A stretch of DNA of 56,973 nt from a virus (lineage: Duplodnaviria; Caudoviricetes), in the IMG/VR virus record IMGVR_UViG_3300010354_002996, positions 1 to 56,973 of that record. One strand, written 5' to 3'. The notes beneath the pieces were generated by a model. That model had not been told where the DNA came from. It saw only the letters and a list, made by a program, of their open reading frames with translations, and ran no database searches. Shown here piece after piece: positions 16,939-26,482 of this stretch. A program made the position numbers and the translations under genes. How positions within the stretch are numbered: the first letter of the stretch is position 1; each line of letters starts with the position of its first letter.

Positions 16939-17127
16939 TTAATTTCTCTGTAACTGTTGTTCTTGTTTTTGTTTCAGTTCTTCAAGATAATCAAGCAGGA
17001 GTTTTACATAAATCTCCCTTTCCCACGGAATCATTTCTTCAAGCTCAGACAAACTATATTTGTGATGTTGCATTAACGAAAAGTTTGTCTGATAATAATT
17101 CATCAGTGTATTGTGAGAAAGGGTCAT
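16939..17127 (-). CDS. gp51: Baseplate hub assembly protein (gp51-like)
   Basis: NYYQTNFSLMQHHKYSLSELEEMIPWEREIYV. Confidence 0.88.
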   Translation of the reverse strand: MTLSHNTLMNYYQTNFSLMQHHKYSLSELEEMIPWEREIYVKLLLDYLEELKQKQEQQLQRN

Positions 17128-17834
17128 CAGAAAAAATCTGACAGCCCCTCCATCTCAACTGAATCTTCTTGACCACATCCAACACACTTATAAGAAAACT
17201 TGTGGCGCAACTTCGGCATAGTATTAAAGAATTCGGTAATCTTTTCAAACTGCTTACTATTCAATCCTTCAATAAATTGCACAGAATCTTCAATGTTATC
17301 TGGATCATACACTTCATCCTGATCGAACACACATTTAATGCAAGAGGCGAGCATACGAATTTCATCTTCGCCTTGTGATATTGAAGCTATACTGTCGATA
17401 GTTGGATATTTCATTTCAATACCCATTTTATCATCTAGCATAATTTTAGTTGTATGACCTTCCAGCTTTTCTACCTTTACATTTTCAAGATTAATATCAA
17501 CAGGAGTTACTGCTTCACATGGTTCACCTTTATAATTTACTGCACCATTGTGACGATATTCCATCTTGATAATTTCGCCAACAGACTTAGCACGAATATT
17601 CAAAAACAAATATTCAATATCAAAGTATGGCAGCTTTGAAGCGTCAAGGTTTCCATCAACACAGGAAACGACAACGTCCTTTACCGCATCAATCATTACG
17701 CTTTCTTCAGCTGCTTGTGCAGCCATAAGCAATACTTTTTCTTCCTTTACTAGAAAAGGTCTGAATGAAACCTTTTCTCCTGTTGAGGGAAGTGTAACAG
17801 AAAATTTAGGAATAGCAACTTTCGGTAATGCCAT
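17127..17834 (-). CDS. gp26: Baseplate hub subunit/assembly chaperone
   Basis: MALPK, RPFLVKEEKVLL, FDIEYLFLNIRAKSVGE, MKYPT, FFNTMPKL, C-terminal GLSDFF. Confidence 0.92.
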   Translation of the reverse strand: MALPKVAIPKFSVTLPSTGEKVSFRPFLVKEEKVLLMAAQAAEESVMIDAVKDVVVSCVDGNLDASKLPYFDIEYLFLNIRAKSVGEIIKMEYRHNGAVNYKGEPCEAVTPVDINLENVKVEKLEGHTTKIMLDDKMGIEMKYPTIDSIASISQGEDEIRMLASCIKCVFDQDEVYDPDNIEDSVQFIEGLNSKQFEKITEFFNTMPKLRHKFSYKCVGCGQEDSVEMEGLSDFF

Positions 17835-17857
17835 AATTTACTCCATTTCAGTTTATG

Positions 17858-18604
17858 TTATCTTCGAGCAGAGCGATCACTCTGTAATTTAGTTTTATCA
17901 TTATAAGTGGTATGTGCTTCGGTAGCATACCTATAGCGCATTTCTACGGTTAGTCTTGCATATCCTTCATCACCCCAAGACATTGCAATATCATTTACAG
18001 AAATAGGAAATGCTTCTTCAAGAAAAATTGAATACTGCAATTCATATCGATCTCTTAGTTGTGCTGCTGGAACTGATCCAGATTGGTTCGGTAAAGGCGT
18101 CAGTGAAGCAGGGGTCTGTTGATTATTTACTTGTTGACCATTTAAATCTCTTGATGTGTTTGATGTGTTTGTTGGTGTAGGATTAGAATATACATTAATC
18201 ATTACAGTGCCAATCATGTCATCGTAATATCTAGTATCGAACATTCCAACATATGGACCTTCTGCAAAAGATTTACGATAATGTCCTAGCCCATAATCTT
18301 GCCAACGCATAAACATTTCGCGTTCTCTATAATCTTGACTTAGGATAATAGTCATTGTACAAGGCTGATATGACGAAAGATAAGGTAACTGGCGAGGCAC
18401 GCCGTGATATCTTTGTTCTATCGTCAACATATTTCTGCCAGGAAGATTCAAACTTTCAATTCTATATGGTACATCAGTAGAACCATAAGTATTTAGAAGT
18501 TGAGACATTCCAGGACCAGAAAGAACATATCCTTCAAAGTAATTTGTGCGACCAATTCCACTCTTGGCAATTCTTGAGTTAAATTCGTTGATATTAAACG
18601 GCAT
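17858..18604 (-). CDS. gp54: Tail tube initiator (gp54/gp19-fold)
   Basis: SLNLPGR, REMFMRWQD, YYDDMIG, EAFPISV, LTVEMRY; synteny. Confidence 0.7.
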   Translation of the reverse strand: MPFNINEFNSRIAKSGIGRTNYFEGYVLSGPGMSQLLNTYGSTDVPYRIESLNLPGRNMLTIEQRYHGVPRQLPYLSSYQPCTMTIILSQDYREREMFMRWQDYGLGHYRKSFAEGPYVGMFDTRYYDDMIGTVMINVYSNPTPTNTSNTSRDLNGQQVNNQQTPASLTPLPNQSGSVPAAQLRDRYELQYSIFLEEAFPISVNDIAMSWGDEGYARLTVEMRYRYATEAHTTYNDKTKLQSDRSARR

Positions 18605-19218
18605 TATGCTATCCTGTTTCTGCTGTCGCGATAGATCGCGTTTTTGTTAGAACCAACAAATCTATCGAGCGGCAAGAACAACGCCATTTCCCATTCACTA
18701 GGCTCGATGTAAAAGAATTTTGTTCTTACATGACTAATAAGATATTTCTTTATACATGGACGAAAAAACTTATACTTTGATGCCTGATTTAGCACGTTAT
18801 ATGATATACGCAATCTGGTAGTTTCATCCATATTATCATTTGTTGCTGTATCATAAAGTGCATCCATCAACCGTGCGCGTAACGGAAGAGGAAGATAATG
18901 AACATTAATACCAATGAACGAACCGCCACTAGATGCCTGACCGCCAGTTCTGCCTGAACCGATTGGAAAAATTAATGGATATCTATCATAATACGGAAGC
19001 GTGTCTTTTCCTTTTGGATCATACTGAAACAAATACATACGACCAATCAACGGACTAGTAGTTAGACGTTCAGAACTACTACGAATCATTCTGCTAGGAT
19101 TAGCAGTTGTATTGCGTGCGGCTGTGCGAAACCAGTTACGACTGTCTCGTTTCACCGAAGGCGTGATACCTTGTGTGGATGCTCGTTTCAGTATTCGATC
19201 AAAGACGTATGCTACCAT
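18604..19218 (-). CDS. gp2: DNA end protector protein
   Basis: GRMYLFQYDPKGKDTLPYYDRYPLIF, GINVHYLP, CIKKYL, WEMALFLP. Confidence 0.93.
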   Translation of the reverse strand: MVAYVFDRILKRASTQGITPSVKRDSRNWFRTAARNTTANPSRMIRSSSERLTTSPLIGRMYLFQYDPKGKDTLPYYDRYPLIFPIGSGRTGGQASSGGSFIGINVHYLPLPLRARLMDALYDTATNDNMDETTRLRISYNVLNQASKYKFFRPCIKKYLISHVRTKFFYIEPSEWEMALFLPLDRFVGSNKNAIYRDSRNRIA

Positions 19219-19224
19219 GAACCC

Positions 19225-19232
19225 TATTTATA
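19225..19232 (-). promoter_or_regulatory. T4-type late promoter TATAAATA
   Basis: tatttata 7 nt upstream of the gp2 ATG. Confidence 0.7.
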
Positions 19233-19679
19233 TCAAAACTTCACGTCTTTCTCGGTTAAGACAACAAACTCCCAATTACGATCAGCGCAAAACTCTTTTG
19301 CCGCTTCCCATTTGGCATTGTTGATACCATAAGTCGCCACTTCTCGGAGATATTTCTTGGTGATTCGTTGTCCATCTTTACGAACTTCGGGAGGCACAGA
19401 TTGCGAACGAGGCTTAATCTCAATCATTTTAACAACAGTTTTGCCCTCGCGGTCGCGCATGCGCACGATGAAATCGGGAAAATATCTGTGCCATTTACCA
19501 TCTAACGGCGATTTATATGGCACAAACAATTCTTCGCTTGCCCATTGTAGCACGTTAGGATTTTTATCAAGATATCCCATGAATCTCAATTCCCACGACG
19601 AACGATACACTATGTTCGTGGGATTGCCTTTATATTTTTCGGGATATCGCGGACTGAATCTTCCTTTATAAGTAGCCAT
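19233..19679 (-). CDS. gp4: Head completion nuclease
   Basis: YKGRFSPRYPEKYKGNPTNIVYRSSWE, WASEE, HRYFPDF, IEIKP, NNAKWEAA. Start moved to 19679. Confidence 0.95.
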   Translation of the reverse strand: MATYKGRFSPRYPEKYKGNPTNIVYRSSWELRFMGYLDKNPNVLQWASEELFVPYKSPLDGKWHRYFPDFIVRMRDREGKTVVKMIEIKPRSQSVPPEVRKDGQRITKKYLREVATYGINNAKWEAAKEFCADRNWEFVVLTEKDVKF

Positions 19680-19695
19680 ACCTTTATGTATTCCG

Positions 19696-19703
19696 TATAA
19701 ATA
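19696..19703 (+). promoter_or_regulatory. T4-type late promoter TATAAATA
   Basis: Exact match in the divergent gap, upstream of 19732. Confidence 0.75.
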
Positions 19704-19731
19704 GTTGCAGTTTCTAACAAAGGAATAATAA

Positions 19732-20673
19732 ATGGCGCGCGGAGCAGCTGCATTAGCAGCTTTAAGAAGTAGAGCAGGATCAGTTGCACGATGGTTAGGT
19801 GTTGGTGTGGCTGCAGGTGTTGCAATATATGCTGCACAAAGAGCATTACAAGGCACATCTAATGCTAGTGCTGCCGATCCTCGCGGAACGTATCAGTTTC
19901 CAAATGACTTAGAAATGCACGGCAACTGGATGAGTCTAAGAGCATATCAGTCTACATTTATGAATAATTCTGCAGTCGCAAATTTGGCGGGTGTGACAGG
20001 AATATCAACAGTGTTAAGCCTCGCAGGGCTAGGAAATAATCCAATATCATTAGGATCAATTCAGAATATGGCAGGAACTGTTAATCTGCCGCTTCCAGCC
20101 AATTTATCAAATGATCTAGATCCTTCATACGAAGAAAAATCTCTAAAAGACCTCATTACGGGCGCGGCGGCAAGCAGCCTGTCAGCGCTGACGTCAGCCA
20201 GTATGCAAAAAGCTGCTGGGGTGGCGGCAGGCGCGGGAAACATTATGGCGGCTGCTAATGCCAAAGCAATAAATCCAATGAATGTTGTTCTGTTCACTAA
20301 CATAAATTTTAGACAATATTCATACAGCTGGAAACTTTCTCCAAAAAACCAAGCAGAATCTGGTTCTATCAGAAATATCGTACGATATTTGCAATGGGCT
20401 TCTGTTCCAGCATATTTTGGTGGTGGGCTTCTATTAGAATATCCTCATTATTTTATGATCAGTATCTACAAAGATGGTTATCTACATAAATTTCAACCAG
20501 CAGTTATTGAACGTATCAATGTAAACTATCACGGTTCTGGTGCATTCTATAAAAGAGGTGAAGGAAATCAAAACGAACCAGCACCAGCAGAAGTAGAACT
20601 TCAGATTTCGTTCAAAGAAGTAGCGATCGTTACAAAAGATTGGCTTAATCAGTCTGGGCAAGGACCAGGATAA
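19732..20673 (+). CDS. gp48: Baseplate tail tube cap
   Basis: YQFPNDL, LPLPANL, INP...FRQYSYSWKLSPKNQAES, YPHYF, LQISFKE. Confidence 0.8.
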   Translation: MARGAAALAALRSRAGSVARWLGVGVAAGVAIYAAQRALQGTSNASAADPRGTYQFPNDLEMHGNWMSLRAYQSTFMNNSAVANLAGVTGISTVLSLAGLGNNPISLGSIQNMAGTVNLPLPANLSNDLDPSYEEKSLKDLITGAAASSLSALTSASMQKAAGVAAGAGNIMAAANAKAINPMNVVLFTNINFRQYSYSWKLSPKNQAESGSIRNIVRYLQWASVPAYFGGGLLLEYPHYFMISIYKDGYLHKFQPAVIERINVNYHGSGAFYKRGEGNQNEPAPAEVELQISFKEVAIVTKDWLNQSGQGPG

Positions 20674-21263
20674 TGCTTTATTTCACACCATTCCCAAAAC
20701 GGCAATATCAACTAAACAAAAGAACGGCGTCACAGGAAGTCACCGATATTACTCGGAGATTTACTCTTGATTCGTTTCTGAGAAATAGTCAAGTAGTATA
20801 TGACGAATATCATGTTCAAGATGGCGAAACGCCAGATACTGTTGCTTGGGATTATTATCGTGATCCTACTATGGATTGGTTGATTCTTTTAGTAAATCAA
20901 ATCAAAGATCCATATTATGATTGGCCACTTTCATACGAAAAATTTCAATCATACATAAAACAGAAATATGGTAGTGTAGAAACCGCACTAACAACTACAC
21001 ATCACTACGAATGGATCATATCAAAGTCGACCGAATATCAAACTGAAGACGAAACATTTATTGTTCCAGAACGAACACTAATAGTTGATCGAGCAAAATA
21101 TCTTACTCTTGTCGCTACTGATCGTAGAGACGTAAAGATATATGATTATGAACACGATCTAAATGAATCGCGTCGAAAGATATATCTACTAGATCTACAT
21201 CTGCTTGAACAAATTAAAGATTTACATCCAATCATATTTGACCAAGGACTATTTGTTAGATGA
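20673..21263 (+). CDS. gp53: Baseplate wedge subunit
   Basis: YFTPFP, DGETPDTVAWDYY, WLILLVN, DWPLS, HHYE, NESRRKI. Confidence 0.92.
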   Translation: MLYFTPFPKRQYQLNKRTASQEVTDITRRFTLDSFLRNSQVVYDEYHVQDGETPDTVAWDYYRDPTMDWLILLVNQIKDPYYDWPLSYEKFQSYIKQKYGSVETALTTTHHYEWIISKSTEYQTEDETFIVPERTLIVDRAKYLTLVATDRRDVKIYDYEHDLNESRRKIYLLDLHLLEQIKDLHPIIFDQGLFVR

Positions 21264-22453
21264 GTGCACCAGGACAAGCGGCAATACAATCATTTACTGT
21301 TAATGGAGTTGATGCTTCTGATATGGTTCAGGAGATTCATCTCGTTGAGAGCATATATACACAATGTGTTACTGTAATTGCTACTGTATTTGACGCAGGC
21401 GGATTTCAAGAAAAAGCAAAGCTAAAAGATAAATTGGCTAAAGTATCACTTAAAGTTCTTGATAGCGCACAATCTCCTATCGAACTTAATCTTCGAGTTG
21501 CTCAGGTATTTGATCGTTCTAGAACCGCTAAGGGCGGCGAAATGATCAAGATACGTTGTCATCCTTATGAGATGTTAAAGAACCCTGAAAAGAAAATCAC
21601 TAAAACGTATGATGATCAAAAGGTATCAGATATCGAAAAGAAAATTTTTGAAGAGTATATCAAAGGATCCGATACTAAAAAGAAAGACGTTGATATAGAA
21701 GATACTGAAGGTAAATCGAAATATTATAGCACCAATAAAACGCCGCTTCAGGTTATGAATTGGGCTAATAAAAACGGCAAGAGCGCAAAGAAACCAGGAC
21801 AACGACTATTTTATCAGACATTGCAAGATGGATACAAAATTAAGTCTATCGAATCTTTGATTGAAGATAGTTCTTCAGCAACCACTATTGAACGTAAGAC
21901 TGTTAATCTTGGTGAAAATCAAGATATGTCTAATAGTGTTAAGAGCTGGTATGTTAATCAAGATGGTGATGCAACAAACGATCTAAATGGAGCATCAGGG
22001 ACAAGAACTGTATATATCGATCCTAGAACTGGAAGACGAAAAGAAGTTGAACGCAAAGGACAAAATGGTGAAGTATCGGAAGAAAAATATGTTTATAGAT
22101 ATTTCTTAGATTCTGAATCAAATTTTCAAAGAGCTCGGGCGGGAGAAGATGTAGGAAAAAACAATGAAGAAGGCACCAAGAACGAAGCATCTCGCGCGAA
22201 GGGTCATAAACTAGATAATAGAGTTATCACAGTAACTGTTCCTTTTCTTACTAAGTATAAGGTTGGTGAGAAAACTACGTTTAATGTTGCTGCTACTGGT
22301 GACACTAAAGAAAAAGATTCTCGTTCGGGAACATATCTTATTACTGGCCATAAAGTTAGGATATATCTAGATAAAGAAACTGGAACGCCTGCAATTAAAG
22401 GTGAAAGTATATTAGAACTTAAATCGGTTGTTGATGCCGACAAGGAGTCATAA
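21260..22453 (+). CDS. Probable baseplate hub protein (gp27-like)
   Basis: Lies between gp53 and gp5; ESIY, FYQT, SGTYLITG motifs. Confidence 0.6.
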   Translation: MSAPGQAAIQSFTVNGVDASDMVQEIHLVESIYTQCVTVIATVFDAGGFQEKAKLKDKLAKVSLKVLDSAQSPIELNLRVAQVFDRSRTAKGGEMIKIRCHPYEMLKNPEKKITKTYDDQKVSDIEKKIFEEYIKGSDTKKKDVDIEDTEGKSKYYSTNKTPLQVMNWANKNGKSAKKPGQRLFYQTLQDGYKIKSIESLIEDSSSATTIERKTVNLGENQDMSNSVKSWYVNQDGDATNDLNGASGTRTVYIDPRTGRRKEVERKGQNGEVSEEKYVYRYFLDSESNFQRARAGEDVGKNNEEGTKNEASRAKGHKLDNRVITVTVPFLTKYKVGEKTTFNVAATGDTKEKDSRSGTYLITGHKVRIYLDKETGTPAIKGESILELKSVVDADKES

Positions 22454-22455
22454 GA

Positions 22456-22833
22456 ATGAGTTTCATGTCATCTCTTCGTGGTATTTGGTATGGACAGGTT
22501 GTCGATAGAGGAACAGGACAATATTCTGGCAAAAAAGATAACTCCAAACTTGGCACATGTAAAGTAAGAATTACTGGATTAGATAAACCAGATCTACCAG
22601 CAAAAGAATGTCGTGATGCACAAGTTGCTTTACCTGTAACATCCGCTGCGATTAGTGGTGTTGGCGCTTCTCCTACTGGACTTGTAGAAGGAACTTGGGT
22701 TATTGGTATTTGGTTTGATGGAGAAGACAGCGAACAATGTCCATTGATTATTGGTTCACTTCCACACATTCAGCAGAAAAAGAATGATCGTGGTAAAGAA
22801 ACTGTCAATAACAAATTGAATATGGGTAAGTAA
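22456..22833 (+). CDS. gp5 N-terminal OB-fold, stand-alone
   Basis: WYGQVVD, LGTCKVRITG, PVTSAAISGVG, GLVEGTWVIGIWFDG, PLIIGSLP. Confidence 0.85.
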   Translation: MSFMSSLRGIWYGQVVDRGTGQYSGKKDNSKLGTCKVRITGLDKPDLPAKECRDAQVALPVTSAAISGVGASPTGLVEGTWVIGIWFDGEDSEQCPLIIGSLPHIQQKKNDRGKETVNNKLNMGK

Positions 22834-23649
22834 ATGCCATCCATTACAGTCAATAAGCAAACTACAACTAACACAAAACCGACCATCACTGGAACGGTTG
22901 AATTTAATCGTTCTAAAAACGAAACGATAAATGTTCGTTTGAATTATGTAACATATGATTTGTTTGGCGGCAACTTGGGAATAAAAGAATATATTGATGT
23001 TGTTCGTCCTACAGAGTGGATATTACAGTTAGATGATCCAATAAGCCCAGGCGTTTATGATATCGAAGCGTATGTATTAGATTCTACTGGCAAAATCATT
23101 GCTTCCGATGAAACTGTAAATGAACTTATAATTAATACTATTCCAGTAAATCAACAGCCTAAACCTAAGAGTTTGGCTGAAAAGTTGCAGGCTCTTGCGG
23201 CACTACAACAAGCAATGAATATACTTTCAGCAGGATCAGGCGCTTCGGTGGGAGGTCCGCATCCTGCTACAAATGATGATTCATCTACGCATCTTCATGC
23301 TCGTGGTAAAGAAGAATCAAATAAATCTGCTGAAGAACGCGATTACCAAAGAAAAAAAGCGACTGATGCAGCAAGACAAGATAAGAAGCCTAAGAATAAA
23401 ACAATTAAACAAGAAGGAGATGATCCACCTGAACCTCCTCGTAGACCTGAAGAATTGCAAGAAACTGCTGCCGACAGAGCTGATCAAGAAGAAGGGCGAG
23501 CCATGATAGAAAACGCCATAACTAGTTCTGCTCTAGAAAATATAGGCGCACCACCATTACCTTATTTTCCTCCTTCCTCTGTATCGCCTGCTGGTATAGC
23601 GCCAGATGTAGGAGCATCTACAACTCAAATCGGAACACCGACACCTTAA
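22834..23649 (+). CDS. Ig-like domain plus disordered tail
   Basis: ITVNKQTTTNTKPTITGT...WILQL...GVYDIEA...DETVNELII resembles bacterial Ig-like repeats. Confidence 0.6.
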   Translation: MPSITVNKQTTTNTKPTITGTVEFNRSKNETINVRLNYVTYDLFGGNLGIKEYIDVVRPTEWILQLDDPISPGVYDIEAYVLDSTGKIIASDETVNELIINTIPVNQQPKPKSLAEKLQALAALQQAMNILSAGSGASVGGPHPATNDDSSTHLHARGKEESNKSAEERDYQRKKATDAARQDKKPKNKTIKQEGDDPPEPPRRPEELQETAADRADQEEGRAMIENAITSSALENIGAPPLPYFPPSSVSPAGIAPDVGASTTQIGTPTP

Positions 23650-23661
23650 AGGATATTTTAA

Positions 23662-24654
23662 ATGGCTATTACTCAAGAACAAGCTATAAACTTTGCAAAA
23701 ACTTCGGGCGTTGTTCCTCCTGGTCAAAATTTTACTATAGGTAATCAACAATTTACAATGCCATCATCTTCATCTGCTGGACCCGCAGGAACAACATCAA
23801 CTTCTTCTGGTGGTAAGAAATACGGAGAAAGTAAGCCTGGAGATGGATATTCAAAGCAAGAATGGCACGGCACAAAATTGCTTGCGCGCAGCGAATCTGG
23901 CGTTGAAATCCGTATGGGAGATACTCCAGGAAACAGAGAATTTTTCATTAAGCATCCAAAAGGAGCATATATTCATATTACTGATAAAGGTAATGTAGAT
24001 TTTAGAAGTCCAGGCGCACACGCAGAAATTAATATGGATAACAGAACTATTCGTATTATGAAAGACATGACTATGGAAGTAGATGGAAATATCTCACTCA
24101 GAGCGCCAAAAGGCGAACTATTGTTAACTGGAAAATCAATTGGCATAAAATCTACTGGCGGTAACATTGATATAAATTCGGCTAAGAATATTACTCAGGA
24201 AACAGGAGAGTGGTCTACAAACGCTAGAGGTAAAGTTAACCATACTACTGGTGCTCAACATAATCATACTGTTCACGGCGAAGCGACTTTAACTTATAAT
24301 GGTGGTAAAAAAGATTCTACAACAGGAGATTCTATCACATCAGTAAGTGGTGACAGCGTTAGTATGACTGGCGGTGAACATTCTGTTCAGTCTGCTGGAA
24401 CAATGGGGTTTGGCGCTGCAGAAATAGGTATTGCTTCAACTCGTCAGACTACAATTAATGCTGTTGATGGAAACTTGACTTTGAATACAGGTGCTGTTGG
24501 TACGTTCGAAGCAACTGGTAAGTTGCAGCAGAAAGGCGCGCAAGTGTCAGTTGCAGGTGATACTTATATTGGTCAGGAATCTCTAGGCGCAACGGTAGGA
24601 CCTAAAGTCGCAACAGTTAGTGGTCCTGCAGATAAAGCGTTTGCTAAGGTATAA
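23662..24654 (+). CDS. gp5 C-terminal beta-helix spike
   Basis: SESGVEI, DTPGNRE, HPKGAYIHI, then V-x-G repeats. Confidence 0.75.
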   Translation: MAITQEQAINFAKTSGVVPPGQNFTIGNQQFTMPSSSSAGPAGTTSTSSGGKKYGESKPGDGYSKQEWHGTKLLARSESGVEIRMGDTPGNREFFIKHPKGAYIHITDKGNVDFRSPGAHAEINMDNRTIRIMKDMTMEVDGNISLRAPKGELLLTGKSIGIKSTGGNIDINSAKNITQETGEWSTNARGKVNHTTGAQHNHTVHGEATLTYNGGKKDSTTGDSITSVSGDSVSMTGGEHSVQSAGTMGFGAAEIGIASTRQTTINAVDGNLTLNTGAVGTFEATGKLQQKGAQVSVAGDTYIGQESLGATVGPKVATVSGPADKAFAKV

Positions 24655-24658
24655 AACT

Positions 24659-25951
24659 ATGAGTGCAGAAACAGATAAACTGATTGATGAATATCTAAGA
24701 TCGCGTAATGTTCCTTTGCTAGGATTAGGAGACGAATACATTTGGGATGGTAAAACGCACATATACTGCGAACATCTATTTCCTATATTAGATATTGCTG
24801 AACAGTATCCACAGTGCATGCACGCAAATAACTGTTTTGCTATTGTTCGTGATCAACAACCAAAACTTACTCAACCTATCAAAGAAAATAATAGGCTTGC
24901 ACTAGCAGCACAAATAGCAGCTAATCCAGCAACGTTTTCCGCATTATCTGGATTAATGTCTCAGCTTCCAGGTATAGATAAGGCAGTAGATGCAGTTAAA
25001 ACTGTTATAAACAACACTGCGAAACAAGTTCCAGGAAAATCTGGTCCAGCCGCTGATATAGTAAATAAAATTACTCAAGTCAATGCGCTGATGAACACTG
25101 CGCTTAAAGGACCAACATCACTTATATTTTCTACAATCATATCTAATCTTGCTAAAGGATTTCCAGAAGGTGGAACTGGAAAACTACCAGCTAACACATC
25201 AACATTACAACAAGAATTGCAAAAACTTATAGCATCAGCGAACAATCCAACTGCATATGGTGCACAGTTTAATAGAATGGCAGCTATGTTTCCACAAGTA
25301 AATATCAATAATCTTGCTGCAATGGCATCGCATTCTATTGGTAAAAAAAATCCACAGGCTTTGATTGCGGCTATTCCACAACTCGCAAGCCTTGCTGGTT
25401 CGGCACTAAAAATGCTTACTAATGGCACTAAACACGCAACAGAACAACCACAACCTGAAAAGAAAGTTCCACCTGCGCCTAAACCTAAACCTCTAATCGA
25501 ACCTAAGAATCTATTTGCTCCTAGTGCGGGTGGTAGTTCTGCAGCTATGTTAAATGGACCTGTAGGCGCACTCATGGGTATAGCCGCAACTGTAGTCAGT
25601 AATTTTAATCAAATGTCGCCAAGCCCACAAACAACATCAGCAGGAACTCAAAAACTAACAGGAACTGCGAATACGGTATATCATGGTTCGGGTCAATATC
25701 AGCCTATTGTTCAAGATAGGCGAGCGCAAGAAATGTTAGAACTTAGTCATGAGATAGAACAGCTTCAATCCGAAATCTCTAATTCAGTTGATTTAGAAAA
25801 AATTACAACTCGAACCGAAGCTGAACTTCGCGAAATATACCCTGCATTAAACGAATCGACCACAGTAGCTGAACTGATAGTTGCTATTGAAGAATGGGAA
25901 ACAAATAAGTATATTAAAGAAATTCGTGATCAGTTTCCCAATTTAAGTTAA
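24659..25951 (+). CDS. Hypothetical Ala-rich helical protein
   Basis: Long ORF between the gp5 spike and gp25. Start moved to ATG 24659. Confidence 0.75.
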   Translation: MSAETDKLIDEYLRSRNVPLLGLGDEYIWDGKTHIYCEHLFPILDIAEQYPQCMHANNCFAIVRDQQPKLTQPIKENNRLALAAQIAANPATFSALSGLMSQLPGIDKAVDAVKTVINNTAKQVPGKSGPAADIVNKITQVNALMNTALKGPTSLIFSTIISNLAKGFPEGGTGKLPANTSTLQQELQKLIASANNPTAYGAQFNRMAAMFPQVNINNLAAMASHSIGKKNPQALIAAIPQLASLAGSALKMLTNGTKHATEQPQPEKKVPPAPKPKPLIEPKNLFAPSAGGSSAAMLNGPVGALMGIAATVVSNFNQMSPSPQTTSAGTQKLTGTANTVYHGSGQYQPIVQDRRAQEMLELSHEIEQLQSEISNSVDLEKITTRTEAELREIYPALNESTTVAELIVAIEEWETNKYIKEIRDQFPNLS

Positions 25952-25975
25952 TATTGACCCATCGTTACATAACTC

Positions 25976-26004
25976 ATTATATCGTATAATCTTTGATTTG
26001 TCAA
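25976..26004 (-). promoter_or_regulatory. Perfect sigma70 consensus promoter, antisense to the late genes
   Basis: Minus strand TTGACA (26004-25999), 17 nt, TATAAT (25981-25976), in an intergenic gap. Confidence 0.8.
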
Positions 26005-26047
26005 GATCTTTTTTATGAATAAATAAGCCTAATAGGAAAAATAATAA

Positions 26048-26482
26048 ATGGCTGACATAAGAAAGAAACCACCAGGCAAATCACAGATATTATATCGTGA
26101 CTTCGATATAGGATTCCGTCGCCATCCAGCGACGGGAAAACTATTGCTGAAGCGAAACGATGATTCTGTTAAGCAAGCTCTAAAGTATCTCGTTCTTTCA
26201 AACAAATATGAAAGACCATTTTCACCAGAATTTGGCACTGATCTAAAGCGACATTTGTTCGAAAACTTTACGCCTTTTACGTCAGAAAATTTGAAAGTAG
26301 CAATCGAAACTGCTATAAAGAACTTTGAACCTAGAGTATCTATAGATGATAATGGACAAGGTCAGGGCGTTTTTGTATATCAAAAAGAAGATCAGAACGA
26401 ACTTTTTGTAACAATTCGTTATACAAATAAAGTCACATCTACAGTAGCAGATCTAAACATTAATCTGGATAGGATTAGGTAA
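26048..26482 (+). CDS. gp25: Baseplate wedge subunit
   Basis: YRDFD, HPATG, SVKQAL, YERPFSPEFG, NFEPRV. Confidence 0.93.
   Translation: MADIRKKPPGKSQILYRDFDIGFRRHPATGKLLLKRNDDSVKQALKYLVLSNKYERPFSPEFGTDLKRHLFENFTPFTSENLKVAIETAIKNFEPRVSIDDNGQGQGVFVYQKEDQNELFVTIRYTNKVTSTVADLNINLDRIR

Noticed and set aside
19680-19856. N-terminal extension of gp4 in the ORF track (likewise the phoH 5098 and gp16 49326 starts)
   Set aside because: Overlaps neighbouring genes or promoters; conserved starts lie downstream.
22831-22836. Stop-codon recoding suggested by in-frame TAA-ATG junctions (also 8520/8521)
   Set aside because: TAA, TAG and TGA all end conserved genes at expected lengths; standard code fits.
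25075-25575. 166-aa minus-strand ORF downstream of the antisense promoter
   Set aside because: About 400 nt from the promoter, no clear SD, composition mirrors the sense gene.
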